Notes under the pieces: generated by a model
What the model saw: only the letters and a program-made list of their open reading frames with translations
The model's database searches: none
Told to the model about the DNA's origin: nothing
Source of the DNA: a virus
Reading direction: 5' to 3' (one strand)
Virus record (IMG/VR): IMGVR_UViG_3300045988_153198
DNA length: 64,000 bases
Position numbers and translations under genes: made by a program
Shown: positions 1 through 7,750 of the stretch, in pieces
Position numbering within the stretch: the stretch's first letter is position 1
How the letters are laid out: the number at the start of each line of letters is the position of its first letter

Positions 1-19
1 ACTATAACAGACACGCTAC

Positions 20-53
20 AAAAAGAAAAGACTACTCTAGTGCAAGTAGAGTA
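20..53 (-). terminator. intrinsic terminator after small ORF 76..255
   Basis: Stem TACTCTA/TAGAGTA (33-39 and 47-53) with a 7-nt loop. A T-rich tract follows on the minus strand (plus aaaagaaaag, 21-30). Confidence 0.55.
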
Positions 54-75
54 ACCCCTTCAAAGATTAAAAACA

Positions 76-255
76 TTACAGAGAAACAGCACGTTTCTCA
101 ATAAGCTTTAACAATTTTGGATTATCTTTTACAAGTAAATAATTTGCAAAGGATACACCAGTAATCTTAGAAACATGACCATTAGAAGATGCAACTTCTA
201 AGGTATTATCAGGCTTCCAAGTAATGTTGGTAGACTTATTGAAATTAATATCCAT
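76..255 (-). CDS. hypothetical small protein (59 aa from ATG 255); stand-alone promoter-leader-ORF-terminator unit
   Basis: The track ORF 76..264 starts at GTG. The in-frame ATG at 255 sits 8 nt after GGGAGG (plus cctccc, 264-269). No family recognised. Confidence 0.5.
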   Translation of the reverse strand: MDINFNKSTNITWKPDNTLEVASSNGHVSKITGVSFANYLLVKDNPKLLKLIEKRAVSL

Positions 256-407
256 AACGAACACCTCCCTTCTGTATAGGGTTGTATAGTAAAGCTCTGG
301 TGGGAGAGCTGAACTAACTTAAACAGAACTAACCTAGACAGAACTTTCTGTAAGCAACTCTTAGGCAGAGGAAATTTGATGGTAGGACATCAAAAAATCC
401 TCCACTT

Positions 408-445
408 ATTATTATACGAGAAATCGTATGAAAGTAGGAAGTAAT
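408..445 (-). promoter_or_regulatory. conserved bipartite promoter-like element (copy A) reading leftward
   Basis: Minus-sense ATTACTTCCTA-N13-TCTCGTATAATAAT with a perfect TATAAT. The same two boxes recur with identical 13-nt spacing at 61520-61557. Confidence 0.5.
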
Positions 446-594
446 TAGCCTAATAGGAACTGCTTACAGGTTGAGAATACCTAAGACTGGACTAGGGGAG
501 GGTGGTGGGAGAGGTAAGTAGTGTTAGCGTAAATCTGAAAGCGAACAGCTTTAAGAAATCAATCTGAAAGCGTAAATCGGTAGACAGTCATATT

Positions 595-698
595 ATCAAG
601 TTATCAGAGGAGTAGGTTATCAGAGGTGTAACTTATCAGAGGGATACTGATGTAATTCATCAGAGGTGCAACTTGTCAGAAGTGCAACTTATCAGAGG
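595..698 (+). repeat. six tandem 16-bp units, consensus TG(T/C)AACTTATCAGAGG
   Basis: Units at 595-610, 611-626, 627-642, then an 8-nt gap, then 651-666, 667-682, 683-698. All are direct, and they lie about 350 bp upstream of tnsA. Confidence 0.9.
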
Positions 699-843
699 TA
701 AGGATATAGAGAATTATCTCCAAAATTCAAAAGTGGATACGACAGTTGATAGGGTAAGGTCTAAAAGTAAAGAGGATAGAACTTTTGCCTTAAAACTGAA
801 TAATCACTTTTGCCCTATGACATAGAGTATTTGCTATTATCCA

Positions 844-1028
844 TTTTTGGGAAACTCATAAATCAAGACAAAACCTCTGAAAACCCAGTAAAATCAATAC
901 TTTTAAGCAATTCCCCATTTTCCCAGAAATAATGTTTTTGGGAAGAAAAATCCCCAAAAATACGTTTTTGGGAGATTCAATCTGTTTTTGGGAACAATTT
1001 TGGGAAGTGTTACCCCATTCTGGGAATT
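844..1028. repeat. cluster of TTTTGGGAA-type motifs directly upstream of tnsA; candidate transposase-binding or operator sites
   Basis: Direct copies start near 844, 935, 965, 985 and 998, with a degenerate one at 1018. Inverted copies lie at 917-926 (degenerate) and 951-960. Three copies read (T/C)GTTTTTGGGA(A/G). Confidence 0.8.
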
Positions 1029-1051
1029 GCCAAATATCAGGAGGTGCTGCT

Positions 1052-1396
1052 ATGCGTAAGAAAGGTTACAAGGGAAGATGTGAAAAGAAGAATTTAAGTA
1101 AAAGTCAGGAAGTATGCAGAACATACGATGCAATACAATCCAACTATGCAGATATTCTTCAGAATGACAACAACATACAGGAAATCAGATGCAATGTGTT
1201 GTTAGACGGTTTATCAGAAGGAGCTTATACCTCAGACTTTGTTTGTGTCAAATCAGATGGAGATTTGATGGTCAGGGAATGTGTTTTTAGAAAGTTTCTC
1301 ACAAAGCCTATGACAGTAAAGCTTCTGGATGCTTCAAGAGATTACTGGTTAAATCATGGTGTATCAGATTGGGGGATGGTCATTGATGAAGAATAG
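1052..1396 (+). CDS. tnsA: short TnsA-like endonuclease (114 aa)
   Basis: YTSDFVCVKSDGDLMVRECVFRK...DYWLNHGVSDWGMVIDEE follows the TnsA N-domain PD-(D/E)xK pattern (YTPDF..vEvK..yW..g..f.ivte). AGGAGG precedes ATG 1052. The track start at 932 runs through the repeat array. Confidence 0.6.
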   Translation: MRKKGYKGRCEKKNLSKSQEVCRTYDAIQSNYADILQNDNNIQEIRCNVLLDGLSEGAYTSDFVCVKSDGDLMVRECVFRKFLTKPMTVKLLDASRDYWLNHGVSDWGMVIDEE

Positions 1397-3233
1397 ATTA
1401 CAAAAGAAAATTACAAAGAATCAGCTATTACAGAATGATACTCAGCTTATAAGGGTTTTGGATATAGAAGCCTACAGAGTATTTGTCATTGACTGTATCA
1501 AAAAAACTATGCCAGTCTGGACAGATGCAGAATCATTAAAAGATTATCTTCCATGTTCTGAAGATACATTACAGGAAATCACAGATACTATTCTGATTGA
1601 CCTTGATAATTTAGATTCAGAAGGAAGAAAGACAGCATATGAAAGATATACAATGATTGCCCCTTTGCTGCCTTTTGTATCAGACCAGAAAAAACGAAAA
1701 GAACTGATAAACAGCCTTGCAAATATAAACTCAGTCAGCAAACAGACAATCAGATACTACCTCTGCTTATATCTGGTTTATCAGAATATATCTATACTTA
1801 TACGCAAGCAGAGTGTGAAAGAAAGCGTTTTATCTCAGGATGAGAAGAATATGAGGTGGGCTTTAAACAAGTTCTTTTATACCAAGCACAAGAACAGTTT
1901 GCCTGTGGCATATACGCTATTACTGAAAGAAAAATATTGTGATTCACTAGGAAATCTGCTGCCTGAATATCCTTCATTTTATCAGTTCCGATACTTCTAC
2001 AGAAGAACAAAAAAGATGCAGACCTATTATATTTCAAGAGATGGGTTGAAGGACTACCAAAAAAATAACAGACCGCTGCTAGGGGATGGAATACAAGAAT
2101 ATGCTTCGTCTGTAGGTATGGGAATGTTAGATGCGACTGTGTGTGATATTTACCTTATCAATGAAGCTGGTAATTTGGTAGGCAGACCGATATTGACAGC
2201 TTGCATAGATGCCTATAGTTCTTTATGTTGTGGTTATTCTCTGTCATGGGAAGGCGGTGTGTATTCTCTCAGAGGATTGATGTTAAATATCATTTCAGAT
2301 AAACAGAAGTGGTGTAGTCAATACGGTATCAGTATTAAGAAATCACAGTGGGATGCAGACAAGCTCCCAGCAATCTTTGTAACTGATATGGGTTCTGAAT
2401 ATAAATCTGAGAACTTTGAACAGATAACAGAACTAGGAGTAACTGTGGTAAATCTTCCATCTTACAGACCCGAACTGAAAGGAGCTGTGGAGAAATTTTT
2501 TGATTTAGTACAGAATACCTACAAGCCATATTTGAAGGGAAAAGGTGTAATAGAGCCAGATTATCAAGAGAGAGGTTCGCATGATTACAGGAAGGATGCT
2601 TGCCTTACTATGGTAGATTTTGAAAAGGTCATTCTCCGATGTATCATTTATTATAACTCACAGAGGATTATAGAAAATTTCCCATATACTGAAGGAATGA
2701 TACAGAATCAGATTCAGCCATTTGCAAGCAATATCTGGGAATGGGGAAAGACACAGATAGGGGCTAATTTGATTACAGTTGATAAAGAACAGATTGTATT
2801 GACCCTTCTTCCAAGGATTACAGGTAAGTTCTCCAGATTTGGACTCAGAGTAAACAAAATGCGGTATAAGCATGAGAATTTCACAGAAAAATATCTTGCT
2901 GGTGGAGAGGTAACAGTTGCCTACAATCCAGATGATGTATCAGCGGTATGGTTGATTGACAATGGTTCTTATATTCGATTTGACTTAATAGAAAGCCGAT
3001 ATAAGGGCAAGGAATTATCAGATGTAGAAATAATGCAGAAAGGTCAGAAAGAGCTTGTAAAGGCTGCTACAGCAGATAATATACAGGCACAGATTAACCT
3101 TGCACAGTCTATAGAAATCATTGCTGCATCTGTAAATAATCCTGATAAGGTCAATATAAAATCTATCAGGAATACCAGACAGAGAGAACAGACAAAGAAT
3201 CATATTGATTATATTAGGGGGATTGAAGCATGA
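1386..3233 (+). CDS. tnsB: TnsB-like DDE transposase (Mu/rve type)
   Basis: DDE candidates are LDATVCDIY, FVTDMGSEYKS and KGAVEKFF. A Mu-transposase-C-like stretch is present (FGLRVNKMRYKHE...VTVAYNPDDVSAVWL). The start could be 1356 or 1386, and it overlaps the tnsA stop. Confidence 0.8.
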   Translation: MKNRLQKKITKNQLLQNDTQLIRVLDIEAYRVFVIDCIKKTMPVWTDAESLKDYLPCSEDTLQEITDTILIDLDNLDSEGRKTAYERYTMIAPLLPFVSDQKKRKELINSLANINSVSKQTIRYYLCLYLVYQNISILIRKQSVKESVLSQDEKNMRWALNKFFYTKHKNSLPVAYTLLLKEKYCDSLGNLLPEYPSFYQFRYFYRRTKKMQTYYISRDGLKDYQKNNRPLLGDGIQEYASSVGMGMLDATVCDIYLINEAGNLVGRPILTACIDAYSSLCCGYSLSWEGGVYSLRGLMLNIISDKQKWCSQYGISIKKSQWDADKLPAIFVTDMGSEYKSENFEQITELGVTVVNLPSYRPELKGAVEKFFDLVQNTYKPYLKGKGVIEPDYQERGSHDYRKDACLTMVDFEKVILRCIIYYNSQRIIENFPYTEGMIQNQIQPFASNIWEWGKTQIGANLITVDKEQIVLTLLPRITGKFSRFGLRVNKMRYKHENFTEKYLAGGEVTVAYNPDDVSAVWLIDNGSYIRFDLIESRYKGKELSDVEIMQKGQKELVKAATADNIQAQINLAQSIEIIAASVNNPDKVNIKSIRNTRQREQTKNHIDYIRGIEA

Positions 3234-4474
3234 TTGATTTTACAACGAAACTTCCAGAAATGAAATCAGGGAATGAACTTATATGTGCATTATCTATCAT
3301 TCCTGAATATGATGAAACCATATGCCAGCAGAACCAAGCAGTTAGATTAATGGCATTATCAGACCTGTACCAGATATATGTACCATCTCAGATGAGTATT
3401 GAAATCTATAATAAATTGTATCTTGCCTTGCTTCGTTCTATGCAAAAGAAAGGCTCTCAGATGGCTATAAAACAAAGATATGAGAACTATAAGGCAATGC
3501 AGCAGCAATCTTATAGCGGTATTCTGGGCGGTTCTGATTCATTCACAATTATCGGTACTTCAGGAATAGGTAAATCCTCTGCCATCAGCAGAGCTATATC
3601 CTTGATTACTGAAAATCGTATCATAGAAACAGACAAGCCATATACAAAGATTATCCCATGCCTGATTGTACAGTGTCCGTTTGATTCTTCAGTAAAAGGC
3701 TTGCTATTGGAAATCCTCAGAAAAGTAGATGAAGAACTGGGAACAGACCATTATATTCATGCAGTAAAATCCAGAGCTTCTACAACAGATATGCTTATAG
3801 GTGCGGTCAGCTCTATTGCATTAAATAATATTGGTATGCTGGTAGTAGATGAGATACAGAATGTTGTCAACTCCAAGAATGGAAAGAGCCTGATAGGTGC
3901 ATTGACTCAACTTATCAATAATTCGGGTATCTCTATTTGCATGGTGGGTACTCCTGAAAGTACAGTGTTTTTTGAACAGGCTATGCAGCTTGCAAGGCGG
4001 TCTGTAGGACTACAATATACAACTATGAAATATGATGAGTATTTCCAGAGCTTCTGCAAAGTGATTTTTAAATATCAATTTTTAAAAAATCATACAGAGA
4101 TAACCGCTGCTATTACAGAATGGCTATATGAACATTCTGCTGGTGTGGTTTCTGTTGTGGTATCTCTGATTCATGATGCACAGGAAATAGCAATTCTTAC
4201 AGGGAAAGAGGTTTTAAATCTGGATACTCTGAATGAAGCATACCAACAGAGATTAACATTGCTTCATGGATATATACAGCCCTCTGTGATTCAGAATAAA
4301 CCGACAACCAAAAAGAAAAAGACTGCTGCCAGTGTCAAAAAGAATCAGATACAGAGCCAGCCCAAACAGGAAAGATATTCTATCACTGAAATTGCAGAAA
4401 GAGCCAAAGCTGAGAATTTGGATGTAGTAGAATTGTTGAAAGAAGTTTATACCGTTATTGAGGTGGCAATATGA
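3230..4474 (+). CDS. tnsC: TnsC/TniB-like AAA+ ATPase
   Basis: Walker A is GTSGIGKSS and Walker B is MLVVDEIQN. There is a 4-nt overlap with tnsB and with tniQ. Confidence 0.8.
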   Translation: MIDFTTKLPEMKSGNELICALSIIPEYDETICQQNQAVRLMALSDLYQIYVPSQMSIEIYNKLYLALLRSMQKKGSQMAIKQRYENYKAMQQQSYSGILGGSDSFTIIGTSGIGKSSAISRAISLITENRIIETDKPYTKIIPCLIVQCPFDSSVKGLLLEILRKVDEELGTDHYIHAVKSRASTTDMLIGAVSSIALNNIGMLVVDEIQNVVNSKNGKSLIGALTQLINNSGISICMVGTPESTVFFEQAMQLARRSVGLQYTTMKYDEYFQSFCKVIFKYQFLKNHTEITAAITEWLYEHSAGVVSVVVSLIHDAQEIAILTGKEVLNLDTLNEAYQQRLTLLHGYIQPSVIQNKPTTKKKKTAASVKKNQIQSQPKQERYSITEIAERAKAENLDVVELLKEVYTVIEVAI

Positions 4475-5823
4475 TAACATACCTTCCTGAAATATATCCA
4501 GATGAGCTTGTATATAGTTGGTTTTGTCGGTATGCAATCCATTCAGGATATACGTCACATAAACGAGTATTACAGGAGTTGTACTGTAAAAAATCAGATA
4601 CACCGATTAAAGAATTTATTGGTAATCTCAATCCTGAAGCAAGAGAATGTATTGATAAAATGTATCCGTTGAGGGATTTAGTATTAAATCACACCATGTA
4701 TCCTCAGTATGCCAGATTCATTCCATTGGAACAAAAGAAGGATGCTTTATATAAATTGTGTTATGAGAATTGTGATGCACACCATTTATTTGCAGTTCTT
4801 CCAAGGTGTGAGAAAGAACGCTACTTGAAATATTGTCCTGTATGTGCAAGTGAGGACAGACAGAGATATGGGGAAACATATTGGCACAGAAAACACCAAA
4901 TAAGGAATATGGGGATTTGTCCAAAACATAAGTGTAAGCTTCAGGACTCCAGCGTTTCAGCTAAAAGTATGAATATATATAATTTCTCTGCTGCTGAGAT
5001 TGCTATTCCTGATTCGGAAGAATATATACCTGTTGATAATCCTTTACAGATAAGATTTGCAGAGTACACAGAACAGGTTTTTGATACTCCTGTAGATTTT
5101 GAAAAGGATGTTCCACTCAGCACTATGTTGTATTATGCCATGAAGAATACAAAATATATGAAATCAACAGGAAGATGTCGATACATGACAAAGTTTGTTT
5201 CTGACATGACACGCTTTTATGAACAAATCGAACTGAATGAGATTGCCAGTATCGGAAGGATTCAAAGGACTTTGTTATCTGGGGAAAGATACGATTTTTC
5301 TCTTACCTGTCAGATTGGTTTCTTTCTGAATATGACATCTGAAGATTTGACTGCTCCTCAGTTATCGGAAGAACAGATAAAGATAGAAGAGGAAAGCCAT
5401 TATATCAAGGGAAAGACTACACCAGATTGGGAAGAATATGACAACAAAATGTCTCTTATCTTGGAACAGGTTGCAGAAGATATTTATAGCGGTGCTGCTG
5501 ATAGCATGGGAAAGCCTGAAAAGGTAACTGAGAAATTTATATGTAGGATACTGGGAATAAAGCAGCACCAACTTGAGAATATGCCTAAAAGCAGAGCTGT
5601 ATTAGAGAGATATTCAGAATCATATCCTGAATCATGGGCTAGAAAATTGGTATGGGCTTATGAGTGGCTTGAGAACAATGAGGAAGATGTATTTTACTGG
5701 AAACATCTCAGGAAACTCACAGGAGTTAAGAAAGAGCATTTTGATGAGATTATTCCATACCTTAAAAAGTATGCAGATGAGTATGAAGTGAAAAATATCA
5801 TAAAAATAGTTATGGGAGAGTAA
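4471..5823 (+). CDS. tniQ: TniQ/TnsD-family target-selector protein
   Basis: The N-terminus LPEIYPDELVYSWFCRYAIHSGY is a TniQ-type opening. A zinc ribbon CPVC...CPKHKC follows. Confidence 0.7.
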   Translation: MITYLPEIYPDELVYSWFCRYAIHSGYTSHKRVLQELYCKKSDTPIKEFIGNLNPEARECIDKMYPLRDLVLNHTMYPQYARFIPLEQKKDALYKLCYENCDAHHLFAVLPRCEKERYLKYCPVCASEDRQRYGETYWHRKHQIRNMGICPKHKCKLQDSSVSAKSMNIYNFSAAEIAIPDSEEYIPVDNPLQIRFAEYTEQVFDTPVDFEKDVPLSTMLYYAMKNTKYMKSTGRCRYMTKFVSDMTRFYEQIELNEIASIGRIQRTLLSGERYDFSLTCQIGFFLNMTSEDLTAPQLSEEQIKIEEESHYIKGKTTPDWEEYDNKMSLILEQVAEDIYSGAADSMGKPEKVTEKFICRILGIKQHQLENMPKSRAVLERYSESYPESWARKLVWAYEWLENNEEDVFYWKHLRKLTGVKKEHFDEIIPYLKKYADEYEVKNIIKIVMGE

Positions 5824-5895
5824 TCTTAATTCTTCTTGTTTTAATAAAGCTATGATATACTTATAAGCATACGAATTAAAACAAAGGAGAGTACC

Positions 5896-6597
5896 ATGAG
5901 TTTAAAAAATAAAGAAAAGATTTCGATAATAGTTCCTATTATTGTATGTATATTGTGTTTATGTTCATGTTCTAAGAAAACACCTGATGAAAAATTGACT
6001 GATAGTTTCTTAGAGTACAGTTTGGGGAAAACTGATGGTAAATTTAATAGAGTATTTACAACATCCAACGGAACAGAAATGGTAGTGTCTGAATTACAAA
6101 AAGAAGATGCAACTTCTCCAAAAGTGATTTTATCTGTTGATATTGGAAACACCGATTTTAAAAATCAAATATATCAGTGGATAACATCTCCTGTCAATGT
6201 GCGTATGGATGATTACAGAGAATGTGCGGAAATGGTCATAAAATATGCCAAAAATGAAAACTGGGATAATGACTATTATTTATATGTCAATACCAGAAAT
6301 ATTTATGGAAGTTGTGATATTGTCTATGACTATGAGAAAGATATGATTTATATACCAAATGCAGAAAATACCTATAAAGAAATGTATGAGCAGTTTGGTA
6401 CATTCTATACGAAAGATATTACTGAAGCAGACAACGGTTCTGATTTCATAATTAACAATAATTTAGGATATTGGCAACATAACGAATTGGAAACAAAAGA
6501 TGCAACCTCATATAGCATATTTCTTCATGATGGGAAATTTTCAGAATATGAAAAAGATAAGTCTACTGTATATAGTAGAGATGATGTAAGCGAATAA
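5896..6597 (+). CDS. putative secreted lipoprotein (233 aa)
   Basis: AAGGAGAG RBS. Signal peptide IIVPIIVCILCLCSCSKK with lipobox-like cysteines. It is the only other plus-strand gene beside the tns operon. Confidence 0.6.
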   Translation: MSLKNKEKISIIVPIIVCILCLCSCSKKTPDEKLTDSFLEYSLGKTDGKFNRVFTTSNGTEMVVSELQKEDATSPKVILSVDIGNTDFKNQIYQWITSPVNVRMDDYRECAEMVIKYAKNENWDNDYYLYVNTRNIYGSCDIVYDYEKDMIYIPNAENTYKEMYEQFGTFYTKDITEADNGSDFIINNNLGYWQHNELETKDATSYSIFLHDGKFSEYEKDKSTVYSRDDVSE

Positions 6598-6612
6598 AAA
6601 ATCGTAAAAAAT

Positions 6613-6639
6613 AAGGGTGTAGCTTAATGCTACACCCTT
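6613..6639. terminator. hairpin terminator between convergent lipoprotein and ssb genes
   Basis: Stem AAGGGTGTAGC/GCTACACCCTT with a 5-nt loop. A clear T-run exists only in the minus sense (plus aaaaaat, 6605-6612). Confidence 0.65.
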
Positions 6640-6642
6640 AAA

Positions 6643-6948
6643 TTATTCTTTCTTGCTTTCACAAAATTTATGATGGTCAATTACCAAATCTATAGCATAC
6701 ACCTTCTTATTGGTGTTTTTATCCACATATGAACTTTTCTTGATTTTACCATTTACGAGTATTTTCATACCTTTATGCAAATATTTTCTTGCAAATTCAG
6801 CTTCTTTTCCAAAAGCAACACAATCAAGGAAATCAACTTTAGATTCCTTACCAAAAGGATTATCTACAGCCAAACAATATCTAACTACATTTTCACTTTT
6901 TGATTCTGGTTCATCTGTTAATCTCCCAGCTAATACAAACATATTCAT
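6643..6948 (-). CDS. ssb: single-stranded DNA-binding protein, short form (101 aa)
   Basis: OB-fold SSB pattern: MFVLAGRLTDEPE...VRYCLAV...DFLDCVAFGKEAEFARKYLHKGMKILVNGKI. There is no acidic C-terminal tip. Confidence 0.7.
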   Translation of the reverse strand: MNMFVLAGRLTDEPESKSENVVRYCLAVDNPFGKESKVDFLDCVAFGKEAEFARKYLHKGMKILVNGKIKKSSYVDKNTNKKVYAIDLVIDHHKFCESKKE

Positions 6949-6970
6949 CCAATCTGTTCCTCACATTTCT

Positions 6971-7002
6971 AAATAATAAAAAGGGGAAGATTACTCTTCC
7001 CC
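6971..7002 (-). terminator. intrinsic terminator ending the fibre/DGR/XkdX transcription unit
   Basis: Stem GGGGAAGA/TCTTCCCC (6983-7002) followed by a minus-sense T-run (plus aaataataaaaa, 6971-6982). Confidence 0.7.
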
Positions 7003-7026
7003 TAAACAGTGATAATCGAATACAAA

Positions 7027-7146
7027 TTAATATTCGTATCCAATCTCTTTCAGGTATGCTTCTACCTTCGGTTTCAGTTTCTTCGGAACATCATCAATAG
7101 TAATTTTCTCCATAATGATTTCACTAGCATACAGTCTTACTAACAT
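7027..7146 (-). CDS. XkdX-like micro-protein (39 aa)
   Basis: AAAGGAGG RBS then ATG 7146. MLVRLYASEIIMEKITIDDVPKKLKPKVEAYLKEIGYEY resembles the small XkdX/CD1375-type proteins that follow fibre genes in Firmicutes phages. Confidence 0.55.
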   Translation of the reverse strand: MLVRLYASEIIMEKITIDDVPKKLKPKVEAYLKEIGYEY

Positions 7147-7222
7147 AGCAATTTCCTCCTTTAAATGAAAAATTAATAGTATATAAATAAAAAGAGAAGC
7201 AAACATATTGTTCACCTCTCTT

Positions 7223-7357
7223 TTATTTATCTGAATTTTCAGTATTCTGTTTATCAAGTTCTGCCTGAACTTCTTTCTGTAATTTTGTTGGAACATCATC
7301 AATAGTGATTTCACCAGCAATAATTTCGTTTAAGTATAATTTCACAAGCATTTTCAT
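7223..7357 (-). CDS. XkdX-like micro-protein paralogue (44 aa), absent from the ORF track
   Basis: AAGGAGG RBS then ATG 7357. My translation is MKMLVKLYLNEIIAGEITIDDVPTKLQKEVQAELDKQNTENSDK. It shares the (K/R)LY..EII...ITIDDVP.KL core with 7027..7146. Confidence 0.55.
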   Translation of the reverse strand: MKMLVKLYLNEIIAGEITIDDVPTKLQKEVQAELDKQNTENSDK

Positions 7358-7369
7358 AATGATACCTCC

Positions 7370-7750
7370 TTATGCAAATACCACATCTGCAATTTCCATA
7401 ATGCAACCTTTAAGCATCTCATTATCACTTGATAAGGAACGATTTTCATTTAAAAGATATTCAATCTTTTCCTTGTCACTTAATTCTACTGGGAGTTCTG
7501 CATCTTTTTTTGCATACTCAATCCAAGTATCGAGATTGCTTTTAATTTCTTCGAGTAAACCAGTACGATATTTTAACTCAAAACGATATGAGTCATATTC
7601 GTAATATTCGGTTGTAGTTTCTTCATCACCCATAGACATTGTTTTTGTTAATGTATCTGAGATATTTGTATTGATAATAACGTCACACAGTCCAGCACTT
7701 GTTCTTTCAATAATGACTGATTCTGGTCTTTGATTGCTTTCTGCTCTCAT
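7370..7750 (-). CDS. hypothetical acidic protein (126 aa), translationally coupled to the RT
   Basis: AAGGAGG lies 9 nt upstream of ATG 7750. The ORF overlaps the RT 3' end by 44 nt. No family recognised. Confidence 0.55.
   Translation of the reverse strand: MRAESNQRPESVIIERTSAGLCDVIINTNISDTLTKTMSMGDEETTTEYYEYDSYRFELKYRTGLLEEIKSNLDTWIEYAKKDAELPVELSDKEKIEYLLNENRSLSSDNEMLKGCIMEIADVVFA

Larger units (their letters stand above)
595..5823 (+). mobile_element. Tn7-like transposition module (tnsA-tnsB-tnsC-tniQ with tnsA-proximal repeat arrays); true ends not defined
   Basis: Four abutting or overlapping plus-strand genes with TnsA, DDE TnsB, AAA+ TnsC/TniB and TniQ signatures, embedded in a minus-strand phage genome. 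Repeat arrays occur only on the tnsA side. No inverted partner was found. Confidence 0.6.

Noticed and set aside
595-698. Possible CRISPR array
   Set aside because: The 16-bp units are contiguous with no spacers, are too short for CRISPR repeats, and no cas genes are present in the window.
932-1051. Upstream extension of the tnsA ORF (MFLGRKIPKNTFLGDS...)
   Set aside because: It translates the TTTTGGGAA repeat array. A strong AGGAGG RBS precedes the internal ATG at 1052, where TnsA-like sequence begins.
5824-7026. Transposon left end immediately after tniQ, after the lipoprotein gene, or after ssb
   Set aside because: None of the three intergenic stretches (5824-5895, 6598-6642, 6949-7026) contains inverted copies of either right-side repeat family. 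The TGTTTT/AAAACA match at 5878-5883 is only 6 nt, and FGK-codon look-alikes inside ssb are coding coincidences. I left the end undefined rather than inventing one.
6710-7604. Plus-strand ORFs 6710..6976, 6900..7100 and 7305..7604, and the 97-aa form of 7027..7320
   Set aside because: The plus-strand ones are antisense to ssb, the XkdX-like genes and the 126-aa ORF. The 97-aa ORF fuses an intergenic read-through to the real 39-aa gene, which has its own RBS at 7146.
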